NCBI GenBank assembly: GCA_902806345.1
Contig: CADCWF010000251.1
Span: 1 to 61,332, forward strand
DNA length: 61,332 nt
Source: an uncultured Thermomicrobiales bacterium
Lineage (GTDB): Bacteria; Chloroflexota; Chloroflexia; Thermomicrobiales; UBA6265
Direction: 5' to 3'
The position numbers and the translations under genes were made by a program. Every line of letters starts with the position of its first letter. Within the stretch, counting starts at the first letter, position 1. Positions 9,141 to 17,645 of the stretch are shown one piece after another. The notes beneath the pieces are model-generated. The model was given only the letters and a program-made list of their open reading frames with translations. It was not told the DNA's origin and ran no database searches.

Positions 9141-10166
9141 TCAGCGGGTCTTCGTCGGGGAGCCGTCGCCCGGTCGCCGGCGGCGGGCCAGACCACCGAG
9201 GAACATCCGGCCGACGTGATCGCCGAACTTTTCGGGGGAGAGCTCATCCCCAGTGTTCTGGAGCAGTTCGCCCTCGCGGGTCGTCTGGGTCGACCAGACG
9301 GCGCGGGCGTCGCGGGCTTCGGTGAAGAAGGCCGTCAGGGCCGCTTCGGCGGTCTCGGGGTCGGCCGCCAGAGCGGCGCGGACCTCGGCCAGTTGGGCCG
9401 AGACAGCATCGACCCAGCGTGACACGGCCTCCCGGTTCGTCAGCAGGATGTCGCGGTGCATCGCCGGGCTGCCCGCCGCTAGGCGGCTGACATCGCGGAA
9501 GCCGGCCGCCGTCAGCGACTTCATGTCGCGCCACGAGGGATCTCCGCTGACCGCCCGCATCAACGCCGCCGAGAGAACGAAGGGCAGGTGGCTGACGCCT
9601 GCGACGAAGGCGTCGTGCTCACCGGGGTCGACGAAGAAGGGTTCGGCGCCGAGCGCGGAGACCATCCCCAGGACGGTCCGCACCGCCTCCTCGCTGGCGT
9701 TGAGCGACGGTGCCACGCACCAGGTCGCGCCTTTGAAGAGATCGGCGTCGGCGCCCTCGATCGACTGTGTCTTGCCGGCCATCGGGTGGCCGCCGACGAA
9801 GCCGACCGTGCGTGGCAAGAACTCCTGCCCCCAGCGCAGCACCTGGGCCTTGGTCGAGCCGACATCGGTGACGACCGCGCCGGCCTTGAGGTGGGGGGCA
9901 ATCGCCTGGAAGGCATCGGCCATCGCCGCCACCGGCGTCGCGACGACGACGAGGTCGGCGTCGGCCACAGCGCGGACGATGTCCCAGGCGGCGCGATCGA
10001 CCGCCTTCAGCTTTTGGGCGTACCCCTGGTTCTCGAGACTGGTGTCGAACCCGACGACCTGGAGGGCAGGTTTGCCGTCGGCCTGGTTGGTCACGGCCCA
10101 GCGACGAAGGCCGAGGCCGATCGAGCCGCCGATCAAGCCCAGGCCGACGATGGCGACGGTCTGCAT
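9141..10166 (-). CDS. tyrA: Prephenate/arogenate dehydrogenase
   Basis: GLGLIGGS Rossmann motif, TDVGSTK, GGHPMAG, HDAFVAGVSHLP, and AGFRDVSRLAAGSPAMHRDI. Confidence 0.93.
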   Translation of the reverse strand: MQTVAIVGLGLIGGSIGLGLRRWAVTNQADGKPALQVVGFDTSLENQGYAQKLKAVDRAAWDIVRAVADADLVVVATPVAAMADAFQAIAPHLKAGAVVTDVGSTKAQVLRWGQEFLPRTVGFVGGHPMAGKTQSIEGADADLFKGATWCVAPSLNASEEAVRTVLGMVSALGAEPFFVDPGEHDAFVAGVSHLPFVLSAALMRAVSGDPSWRDMKSLTAAGFRDVSRLAAGSPAMHRDILLTNREAVSRWVDAVSAQLAEVRAALAADPETAEAALTAFFTEARDARAVWSTQTTREGELLQNTGDELSPEKFGDHVGRMFLGGLARRRRPGDGSPTKTR

Positions 10167-10220
10167 GAACGTGGATCCCTTCGCGATGGCCGCATGCCTG
10201 CTGGGGTGGGACCGGCTGGT

Positions 10221-10799
10221 CTACGGCCGGAACGGGCTCACGAGATCCGCGCGGAGCCATCCCTCGTCGCCGTCTTCCGTTTCGAAACGCATCCACGACT
10301 GCCCGTCGGACCCGTTCCCCGATTCGTCCAGGTAGCGGAGCGGCGCCGCGATCGGGATCGCCCGGATGATTTGCCCGTTCGGTCCGCTGCGGAGATTGAC
10401 GCTTTGGAGGGCGTTGACTTGATGGGTCGGCTCGAACGCCTCCCGGGTCGGTGCCGGCGTCGGCGTCGGCATCGGCGTCGGTTCCGGCTCGGGGGTCGGG
10501 GTCGGCTCCGTCGCGCCGAGGATCGCGTCTTGTGGTTGGGCAGCGGCACCGGCGTTGGGATTCACGGGGGCCGATTGCTGGTCCACCGTCTGCGAAATCG
10601 GCGCCGGGTTGATCGCCGCCGGCGCGGCGCGCGGGGCCGCGATCGGGACGACGTCCTGGAGCACCGGCATGAGCGCCGCATAGATGAATGCGGCGGCACC
10701 GAGGCAAAGGGCGATCGTCAGGATCATCGAGAGGCCGATCGCCAGGCCGGCGCGGCGAGACTTTTGACGGAGGCGGTCGTTGAGGGCGCGGTCGGTCAT
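10221..10799 (-). CDS. Membrane-anchored protein with Pro/Thr linker and C-terminal SH3b-like domain
   Basis: N-terminal TM helix, PTPTPEPEPTP linker, then VNLRSGP...W...GW(L) SH3b-like pattern. Confidence 0.75.
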   Translation of the reverse strand: MTDRALNDRLRQKSRRAGLAIGLSMILTIALCLGAAAFIYAALMPVLQDVVPIAAPRAAPAAINPAPISQTVDQQSAPVNPNAGAAAQPQDAILGATEPTPTPEPEPTPMPTPTPAPTREAFEPTHQVNALQSVNLRSGPNGQIIRAIPIAAPLRYLDESGNGSDGQSWMRFETEDGDEGWLRADLVSPFRP

Positions 10800-10915
10800 G
10801 CCGGCTCTTGCACGCTGGAGGTCACCCGAGGAGCGACCGGCCGGGGCGGCCGGGGGCGGCGGAACGGCGCGGAGTATAGCACCGCCTCCGCCTCCCTTGA
10901 CGGCTTCCGTCCAAC

Positions 10916-10931
10916 TGGCACGCGACGTGCA
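10916..10931 (+). promoter_or_regulatory. Candidate sigma-54 (-24/-12) promoter
   Basis: TGGCACG-CGAC-GTGCA with exact GG-N10-GC spacing, about 50 nt upstream of the small ORF at 10981. Confidence 0.6.
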
Positions 10932-10980
10932 GCGTCGGTTTTCCCGCTGGTTGGCGGGAACGCCACAAGGAGGACCAACC

Positions 10981-11220
10981 GTGTCATACCCCTATCCCCA
11001 GGATCGCCACCGCGACCGCCGCGAAAAGGGCGAGACCGAGTACCGCGAGGCACGCCAGGCAATGTCCGGCGCCGAGGAGGCCCAGGCCGCCGCCGCCGAG
11101 TACGCCGGCGAGCAGCGCTCCGGAGACGAGCCTTCGATCGCCGACATCGAGGAGAACCTGGAAGAGGCCGCCCGCGAGGTCCAGCGCTCCATCGCGGAGG
11201 AGGACGAGTCCCGGCCGTGA
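10981..11220 (+). CDS. Small acidic hypothetical protein (79 aa)
   Basis: Strong SD (AAGGAGG) ahead of GTG 10981. Sequence MSYPYPQDRHRDRREKGETEYREARQAMSGAEEAQ...SIADIEENLEEAAREVQRSIAEEDESRP is Glu/Ala-rich and helical-looking. Confidence 0.75.
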   Translation: MSYPYPQDRHRDRREKGETEYREARQAMSGAEEAQAAAAEYAGEQRSGDEPSIADIEENLEEAAREVQRSIAEEDESRP

Positions 11221-11344
11221 GGACGAACGGATGCGGCGGGGACGCGACCCGGCCCGAGCGGCAACTTGCCGCCGCGCCAAGTAAGGCGCGTTCGCGAGGG
11301 TTGCCGCGTGAATCGACGTGGACCGACGATGATGGAGGAATCCG

Positions 11345-12625
11345 ATGGCGACCGATCCGGTCGAGCAGGTAACGGTCGAGACCTTTCCGGCAGTAGGGGC
11401 GGCGGAACTGCTCGTCGAGGCGAAGCGCCTCGCGGAACTCTCCCCGGGGCCGGACCTCCCCTACCTCTCGGCGACGATCGACCTGAGCCCCGAGGGCGGA
11501 AGCCCCAACCGCCGCCCCGGCCGTGAGGTGTTCGACCGGATGGTGGCCGAGCGGATCGCGGAGATGTCGGCCCACGACCCGGCCCGCCTCGGTCTGGAGG
11601 CAACACTGGGACGGGCCGCCGCGGCGCTCGATAGACTCGATCCGTCAAGCCGCGGCGCCCTCGTCGTCTGCGGCGGTCCGGACGAGGTGGCGGAGACGAT
11701 CCCGGCGTCGCTGCCGCTGCCGAACCGGCTCACCCTCGGGCCGACACCTTCCCTGCTCGATCTGGTCCGGCTGGCCGACGACGAATCGTCTTATGCCGTG
11801 GTCATCGCGGACCAGCGGGATGCTGAGATCCTCCTGGTCTCCGCCGCATCCCCCGAGCTCCAGATCTCCGTCGAAGCCAACGAGTTTCCCCGCAAGCAGA
11901 TGCAGGGCGAGTGGTCGCAGCGACGCTACCAAATGCGCGCCGACGAGCGGATCGAGGCGTTCGCTCGGACGCTGGCCCAGGAGACCCGGCGGTTGGTTGA
12001 ATCGGGCCGGGCCGCACACGTCGTGATCGCGGCGGACGAGCCGATGCGCTCGACGCTCAAGCACGAATCCCACCAGATCGTGACCAACAAGCTCGTCGGC
12101 GAGGTCGGCGTGATGCTGGGCGCGGCCCCCCAGTCGGTCGTCGAACGGACCCGACCGGTTGTCGATGCGGCGGAACGGGCGCGCGAAAGCGAAGCGGCAA
12201 AGGCGGTGCAGGACGGTGCCGGCCCCGGCGGCCGCAGCGTCACCGGGGCGGTCGAGACGTTGACCGCGCTCCAGACCGGGCAGGTCAAGACGCTGGTGAT
12301 GAACGATGACTTCCAGGCCCGCGGATGGGCCGACTTCGCGCTCGGCAGCTACGGGGTGGGTGAGCCGCCAGCCGAGCACCCGGCCGGGGGCGACGCGGTC
12401 GATCTCCGCCCGGTGGCGCTAGAGCAGGAGCTGGTCCGTCTGGCGCTGCTGACCGGGGCGGAGATCGAGATCGTCCGCACGACGGCACCGGTCGGTCCCG
12501 ACGAAGCCACGCGTGACGGCGGCGACGGCCGAACGGAGGCGGCGCGTCTCCTCGACGGGCTCGGTGGCGTCGGCGCGACGCTGCGGTTCACCCTCGCCAG
12601 CGACCGCTCGACGGCGGAGATGTAG
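11345..12625 (+). CDS. Bacterial aeRF1/Vms1-like release-factor superfamily protein (baeRF)
   Basis: RKQMQGEWSQRRYQMRADE loop (family pattern GGxSQxRY). C-terminal eRF1 domain 3-like segment (VETLTALQTGQVKTLVM...GGVGATLRF). Confidence 0.82.
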   Translation: MATDPVEQVTVETFPAVGAAELLVEAKRLAELSPGPDLPYLSATIDLSPEGGSPNRRPGREVFDRMVAERIAEMSAHDPARLGLEATLGRAAAALDRLDPSSRGALVVCGGPDEVAETIPASLPLPNRLTLGPTPSLLDLVRLADDESSYAVVIADQRDAEILLVSAASPELQISVEANEFPRKQMQGEWSQRRYQMRADERIEAFARTLAQETRRLVESGRAAHVVIAADEPMRSTLKHESHQIVTNKLVGEVGVMLGAAPQSVVERTRPVVDAAERARESEAAKAVQDGAGPGGRSVTGAVETLTALQTGQVKTLVMNDDFQARGWADFALGSYGVGEPPAEHPAGGDAVDLRPVALEQELVRLALLTGAEIEIVRTTAPVGPDEATRDGGDGRTEAARLLDGLGGVGATLRFTLASDRSTAEM

Positions 12626-12698
12626 CAACGGCTGGTGAACCCTACTCTAGGGCGCGCCTGGCCATGGGCGATCTCCGAGAGAAGCAGTCGATGGACGT

Positions 12699-12733
12699 CC
12701 TCTGTCCCAGTGGGAGAGGGGGCGGGTACAGGG
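12699..12733. repeat. REP-like palindrome, family B
   Basis: CCTCTGTCCCAGTGGGAGAGGGGGCGGGTACAGGG, between convergent baeRF and rpoN. Confidence 0.6.
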
Positions 12734-12804
12734 ACCTTCTCCGTTCGGATCCCCGCTCCTGTCGATCGAGCGCAGGTGAAGGGAGCACGCCGCGAACGCC
12801 AATG

Positions 12805-12844
12805 CCCCTCTCCCGCCGCGGCGGGAGAGGGGTTGGGGCGAGGG
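12805..12844. repeat. REP-like palindrome, family B; possible terminator role for rpoN
   Basis: CCCCTCTCCCGCCGCGGCGGGAGAGGGGTTGGGGCGAGGG, ending 2 nt from the rpoN stop codon. Confidence 0.75.
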
Positions 12845-12846
12845 CG

Positions 12847-14343
12847 TCACCGCATCGTCGAGGGCAGGATGCCGAGTTCGGCCCGGTACTTCGCGACCGT
12901 GCGGCGGGCGATTCTGATGCCGCGATCCATCAGCAGGTCGCAGATGCGGCGGTCGGTGAGGTGCTCACCCTTCTGCGTCTCCCGCTCGACCAGCTCCTTG
13001 ATCACGTCCTTGACACTCAGCGAGGGGGTGAAAAAGTCGCTGAACGGGATCACCTTGCGCGACGGCAGCATGACGTACTTGTTGGCGGTGGCGCGGCTGA
13101 CCGTGGATTCGTGGACGCCGACCTGCTGGGCAACGATGGCCCGCGTCAGCGGCTTCAACTCACGGACGCCGCCGCGGAGGAACGGCTCCTGGAGGTCACA
13201 GATGCAGCGGCTGATCTTGAGGAGCGTCTCCCGCCGCTGCTGGATGTTGGCGATGAAGAGCTTGGCGCGCGAGCTGTAGCTGCGGATGTGGTCGCGGTCC
13301 GCGGCCGAGACGCCGTTCGCCGGCGCGCCGGCGCCATGGGCGTGTCCGGTGAGATGACCGTTGGCCTTGGCGAGACCGTTGCCGTTGCCGTTGGCCGAAA
13401 CGGACCGCTTACGCCCCATCTCGCTCGCCAGCTTGTCGTACACCGGGCTCAGCTTGAGGTGGAAGTGGGAGGTGTCGACGATCTCGACGACGAGCTCGCT
13501 GTCCTTGATGGAGATCACCACGTCCGGGGCCACGTAGTGGGCGCCCGAAGGCGTGCGCCAGGAGCGGGCCTGCTGCGACTGGAGCGGGAAGGGGTTGAGG
13601 AAGGACCGGATGAAGGTCCGGGCCTCCTCGACCTCGTCCGGCGAGAGACCCAGCTCCTTGCCGATCTGGCCGAACCGGTGAGCCCCCAACTCCCCCAGGT
13701 GGCGGCCGACGATGGCCTCGACCTGGGGCGGCACGTCGATCCCGGAGCGACGCAGGTAGGCGATCTGGAGGAGCAGCGACTCCTGGAGCGAGCGGGCGCC
13801 AACGCCGACCGGGGCGACATCCTGGATGACCTCGACGATCGCGTCGATCTCCTCGATGGTGCGGCCGGTCAAGCGCGCCAGTTCGGCGAGGTCGCACGTC
13901 AGTAGGCCCCGCTCGTCGATGGCGTCGACCAGGTACTCGGCGATCGGGTACTCCTCGGGCGAGAGGACGGTGCGGGCATCGCGCAGGATCACCGCGCGGA
14001 TGTCGTCGCTGTGGGCGACCAGGGTCAAGGGGTCGAAATCGTCGCTGTCCTCCCGCGTCTGGGACAGGTTCACGAGCAGTTCCGGCATGTCCTCGTAGCG
14101 CTCGGGGTCGGCGCGGTCACGCTGGCTGACGAGGCAGATGGGGCAGAAGCTTCCTTCGAGGACGTTGCCGCAGACGGGACACGAGGGGAAGTCTTCGGCC
14201 TCAAGCGCCGGGTTGGCATCCATCTCCGCCTGGACGGCGGTTTGCAACTCCTGTCGGGAGAGGCTCAGGATGTGGTTGGCCTCGATCAGGCTCGGCGAGA
14301 CCCACGACCGCATGTCCTGCGAGAGATCGAATCCAATATCCAT
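12847..14343 (-). CDS. rpoN: RNA polymerase sigma-54 factor
   Basis: Region I ELQTAVQAEMDANPALE, VGVGARSLQESLLLQ, HTH LKPLT...VGVHESTVSRATANKY, and RpoN box IARRTVAKYRAELGI. Confidence 0.97.
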   Translation of the reverse strand: MDIGFDLSQDMRSWVSPSLIEANHILSLSRQELQTAVQAEMDANPALEAEDFPSCPVCGNVLEGSFCPICLVSQRDRADPERYEDMPELLVNLSQTREDSDDFDPLTLVAHSDDIRAVILRDARTVLSPEEYPIAEYLVDAIDERGLLTCDLAELARLTGRTIEEIDAIVEVIQDVAPVGVGARSLQESLLLQIAYLRRSGIDVPPQVEAIVGRHLGELGAHRFGQIGKELGLSPDEVEEARTFIRSFLNPFPLQSQQARSWRTPSGAHYVAPDVVISIKDSELVVEIVDTSHFHLKLSPVYDKLASEMGRKRSVSANGNGNGLAKANGHLTGHAHGAGAPANGVSAADRDHIRSYSSRAKLFIANIQQRRETLLKISRCICDLQEPFLRGGVRELKPLTRAIVAQQVGVHESTVSRATANKYVMLPSRKVIPFSDFFTPSLSVKDVIKELVERETQKGEHLTDRRICDLLMDRGIRIARRTVAKYRAELGILPSTMR

Positions 14344-14463
14344 CCGTCACCTCGGCGTGCGTGCGTTCTCCGGCATCGCTGTCGGACCGGACCAACTGGG
14401 AAGCGCTACGGCGCAGCGGCATGGCACGCCGCGAACATCCACGGCAGGAACACCTTGGCCTTC

Positions 14464-14479
14464 TGGCAGGTTTCTTGCT
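14464..14479 (+). promoter_or_regulatory. Candidate sigma-54 promoter facing the site-2 protease gene
   Basis: TGGCAGG-TTTC-TTGCT with GG-N10-GC spacing and a canonical TTGC. Confidence 0.65.
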
Positions 14480-14495
14480 AACCGCCGCCGGCAAG

Positions 14496-14511
14496 CGCAG
14501 GAACCGTGCCA
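14496..14511 (-). promoter_or_regulatory. Candidate sigma-54 site facing rpoN (autoregulation)
   Basis: Minus strand reads TGGCACG-GTTC-CTGCG: GG-N10-GC spacing with a perfect -24 element. Confidence 0.6.
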
Positions 14512-14649
14512 CAAAGACCACGGTGGGTGCCAACGCTCGCCGATATCGTCGCGCCGGAGAGACGGTCCTCGCCGTCCAACTGGTATCCTGTCGCACGTTG
14601 GCGCAAGATTTCAGGGATCGTTCGGCGGGAGGGGACTCGGACAACCAGC

Positions 14650-15804
14650 ATGCGATCCCTGACGGTCGGCCGCCTCCGCGGAATCGCCATCCGGCTCCAC
14701 CCGACGCTCGCCATCGTGCCGGTCTGGGTCGTCTTCGACTGGGACCGGGTCGGTGGGCTTGGCCCGGGCTCGGTTGTCTTCGGGCTCCTGTTCGTGGCGC
14801 TCGTCTTCGGCTGCGTGTTGCTGCACGAGCTCGGCCACGCGGTGATGGCGGCCGAGTTCGGCGTCGTCGTCCACGATGTCACGCTCTCGGTGGTCGGCGG
14901 CGTCGCCCGTATGGCCCACGTGCCGCTCTCGCCGCGGGCCGAAGCGCAGATCGCCCTCGCCGGGCCGGCGGTGAACCTGGCGCTGGTGGTGGTGCTGGCG
15001 CCGTGGCTCCTCCTGGCCGGGCTGATCGGCGGCCTCGACGGCGGCGACTTCCTGCTCGAAGTGCTCCGGCCGACGATGCCCGGTCTCCTCGCGGGGCTGA
15101 TCGTTGCGAACCTGATGCTGGTGGTCTTCAACCTCCTGCCTGCCTTCCCAATGGACGGCGGACGTGTCCTGCGGGCGGTGCTGACGCGGGGGTTTGGGCG
15201 GGAGACGGGCACGCGGGCGGCCGTCGTCGTCGGTCAGGCGCTGGCGGTCCTGATGGCAATTGCGGCGGTGTTCTGGATCAAGAGCCTGATGTTGCTGCTG
15301 ATCGCGCTCTTCGTCATCGTCGTCGCCCACGCCGAGGGGCGGGCGGTGCGCGTCGAATCGGCGCTGCGGCGGATGCGGGTCGGCCAGTTTGCCCTATGGG
15401 ACATGGGTGGCGTGGCGCCGGGGCAACCGCTCGCCTACGCCCTCCGGGGTGGCCCGCGCGATGTGGTCGTGACCGAGAATGGCCGCGTCGTCGGCATGCT
15501 CTGGCGCAACACACTGCTGAACGCGCTCGCCCAGGGAGCCTCTGGTCGCCGGATCGCCGAGGTCATGGACGGCAATGTCGCCTCGGTCGACATCGACGAC
15601 TCGGTGTACGATGTCCAGCAGCGGATGAACGACCTCCAGCGATGGGCGATCCCCGTCACCGAAGACGGCTTGTACCGGGGCGTCTTCACCGTCGACCGCC
15701 TCTCCCACGTCTACCGTCAGGTGTTGCCCGGTCCCCAGGCGATCGGCGAGCCGGCCGGGTTCGCCGGCGCCCTTACCGGCTGGCTGCGGACGCTGGCGCG
15801 GTAG
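14650..15804 (+). CDS. Site-2 protease (M50 zinc metalloprotease) with C-terminal CBS pair
   Basis: HELGH zinc motif, NLLPAFPMDGGR, and a C-terminal CBS-like region (VVVTENGRVVGML...PVTEDGLYRGVFT). Confidence 0.93.
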   Translation: MRSLTVGRLRGIAIRLHPTLAIVPVWVVFDWDRVGGLGPGSVVFGLLFVALVFGCVLLHELGHAVMAAEFGVVVHDVTLSVVGGVARMAHVPLSPRAEAQIALAGPAVNLALVVVLAPWLLLAGLIGGLDGGDFLLEVLRPTMPGLLAGLIVANLMLVVFNLLPAFPMDGGRVLRAVLTRGFGRETGTRAAVVVGQALAVLMAIAAVFWIKSLMLLLIALFVIVVAHAEGRAVRVESALRRMRVGQFALWDMGGVAPGQPLAYALRGGPRDVVVTENGRVVGMLWRNTLLNALAQGASGRRIAEVMDGNVASVDIDDSVYDVQQRMNDLQRWAIPVTEDGLYRGVFTVDRLSHVYRQVLPGPQAIGEPAGFAGALTGWLRTLAR

Positions 15805-15831
15805 GGCGGCAGCTCCCGCTCCGCTTCCAGG

Positions 15832-15860
15832 TTGACCGGTTACTGCCTGCCCGCTACAGT
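15832..15860 (+). promoter_or_regulatory. Sigma-70/sigma-A type promoter for the Rrf2-iscS operon
   Basis: TTGACC-N17-TACAGT, 40 nt upstream of ATG 15901. Confidence 0.7.
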
Positions 15861-15900
15861 GGTGTATCCGGGCTCGGTGCCCAAGTGAGGCGGCGGCGCC

Positions 15901-16359
15901 ATGAAGGTCTCCACGAGAGGCGAATATGGGATGCGGGCGATGGTCGCCCTGGCCCACCAGTACGGCAAGGGGCCGATGTCGATTGCCTCGGTCTCCCGCG
16001 CCTCAGCGATCCCGACGGCCTACCTCGAGCAGCTGATCGGTCCCCTCCGCCGGGCCGGGTTGGTCGAGAGCAAGCGTGGCGCCCAGGGCGGCTACCAGTT
16101 GACCAAGGCGCCGGACCTCGTCCGCGTCGGCGAGGTTTACCGGGTCATGGAAGGCCCGGTGGCGCCGATGGAGTGCGTCTCCGAGGACCCGAGCGAGCAG
16201 ACGTGCCCCCTGATCGAGGGGTGCGAGACCCGCCCCGTCTGGCTCAAGATGCGCGACGCCATCGTCGATTCGCTCGACTCGATGACCCTGGCCGACCTGA
16301 TCGCCCAAGGCGCTTCAAAACGACGGTCGACAACGGCCGTCCCGACCTCGACATCCTGA
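15901..16359 (+). CDS. Rrf2 family regulator (IscR/CymR-like) with three C-terminal Cys
   Basis: MKVSTRGEYGMRAMVAL, YLEQLIGPLRRAGLVESKRGAQGGYQL, and a C-x9-C-x5-C cluster. Confidence 0.93.
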   Translation: MKVSTRGEYGMRAMVALAHQYGKGPMSIASVSRASAIPTAYLEQLIGPLRRAGLVESKRGAQGGYQLTKAPDLVRVGEVYRVMEGPVAPMECVSEDPSEQTCPLIEGCETRPVWLKMRDAIVDSLDSMTLADLIAQGASKRRSTTAVPTSTS

Positions 16360-16423
16360 ACCAGCACCACCCTGCCACCCCGGATCCGGGCCAATGGCAC
16401 CGGGTGGTGGAGGGGTAGCGTCC

Positions 16424-17623
16424 TTGGGTCCCAGCGGCGACGATACGATCTACCTGGACCACGCCGCGACTACGCCCCTCGACCCCGAGGTGCTAGCGGC
16501 GATGGTGCCCTACCTCACCAGGAGTTTCGGCAACCCGTCGAGCATCTATCGGCTCGGCCAGGAAGCGCGGGCAGCGGTCGATGACGCCCGTAGCACGGTC
16601 GCCCGCGTCCTCGGCTGCAGCCCCGCCGAGATCGTTTTCACGAGCGGCGCAACCGAGTCGGACAACCTGGCGGTGAAGGGGATCGCCTGGCGACGGCGGC
16701 TGGAACGGGAGCGCGGGCGGAACGCCGCGATGCCGCACGTCGTCACCTCCGCGATCGAGCACCACGCCGTGCTGCATGCGGTGACCTCCCTGGAGCACCA
16801 GGGCTTCCCCGTGACCTACGTCCGGCCCGACCCCGAGGGAATCGTGAGCCCCGAGCAGATCGAGGCGGTGATCCGGCCGGAGACGTGCCTTGTCTCCGTC
16901 ATGTACGCCAACAACGAATCGGGAGCGATCCAGCCGGTGGCGGAGATCGGGCGGATCGCCCGGGAGCGGGGAATCCCCTTCCACGTCGACGCCGTCCAGG
17001 GCGCCGGCTTGCTGCCGCTGGGCGTCGACGACCTCGGCTGCGACCTGCTCGCCCTCTCGGCCCACAAGTTCTACGGTCCGAAGGGGGTCGGCCTGCTCTA
17101 CGTCCGCCGCGGGACGCCGATCCGTTGGCAGCAGGACGGCGGCGGCCAGGAAGGCGGCCGCCGAGGCGGCACCGAGAACGTCGTCGGCATTGTCGGGCTG
17201 GCGGCCGCACTGGCCAAGGCGGAGGCCCAGCGGCCGGGCTACGTCGACCATTGCGCCGCCCTCCGCGACCGCCTGGAAGCGGGCATCAAGGCGACGATCC
17301 CCGACGCCGTCATCAACGGCCCGAGCGACCCAGCCCGCCGGCTGCCGAACAACCTCAACGTCGCGCTCCCCGGCATTCAGGGGGAGACGGTGTTGCTCAA
17401 CCTGGACATGCAGGGCGTGGCGGCGTCGGCCGGCTCCGCCTGCACCACCGGCAACAGCGAGCCGAGCCACGTCCTGCTGGCGATGGGCCTCGGCGAAGAG
17501 CGGTGCCGGGAGAGCCTCCGCTTCACCGTTGGCCGCTCCACCACCGCCGACCAGATCGACGAGACGATCGAGATCCTGGCCGAGACGGTCGCCCGGGTCC
17601 GGGGGTTGGCCGGGGTGGCTTAA
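16424..17623 (+). CDS. iscS: Cysteine desulfurase (IscS/NifS group I)
   Basis: YLDHAATTP, HVDAVQ, PLP-lysine SAHKFYGPKG, and catalytic SAGSACTTG. Start taken at TTG 16424 after GGAGG; the ORF track starts at 16394. Confidence 0.95.
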   Translation: MGPSGDDTIYLDHAATTPLDPEVLAAMVPYLTRSFGNPSSIYRLGQEARAAVDDARSTVARVLGCSPAEIVFTSGATESDNLAVKGIAWRRRLERERGRNAAMPHVVTSAIEHHAVLHAVTSLEHQGFPVTYVRPDPEGIVSPEQIEAVIRPETCLVSVMYANNESGAIQPVAEIGRIARERGIPFHVDAVQGAGLLPLGVDDLGCDLLALSAHKFYGPKGVGLLYVRRGTPIRWQQDGGGQEGGRRGGTENVVGIVGLAAALAKAEAQRPGYVDHCAALRDRLEAGIKATIPDAVINGPSDPARRLPNNLNVALPGIQGETVLLNLDMQGVAASAGSACTTGNSEPSHVLLAMGLGEERCRESLRFTVGRSTTADQIDETIEILAETVARVRGLAGVA

Positions 17624-17645
17624 CACCATCGTGGCCGGAGAACCT

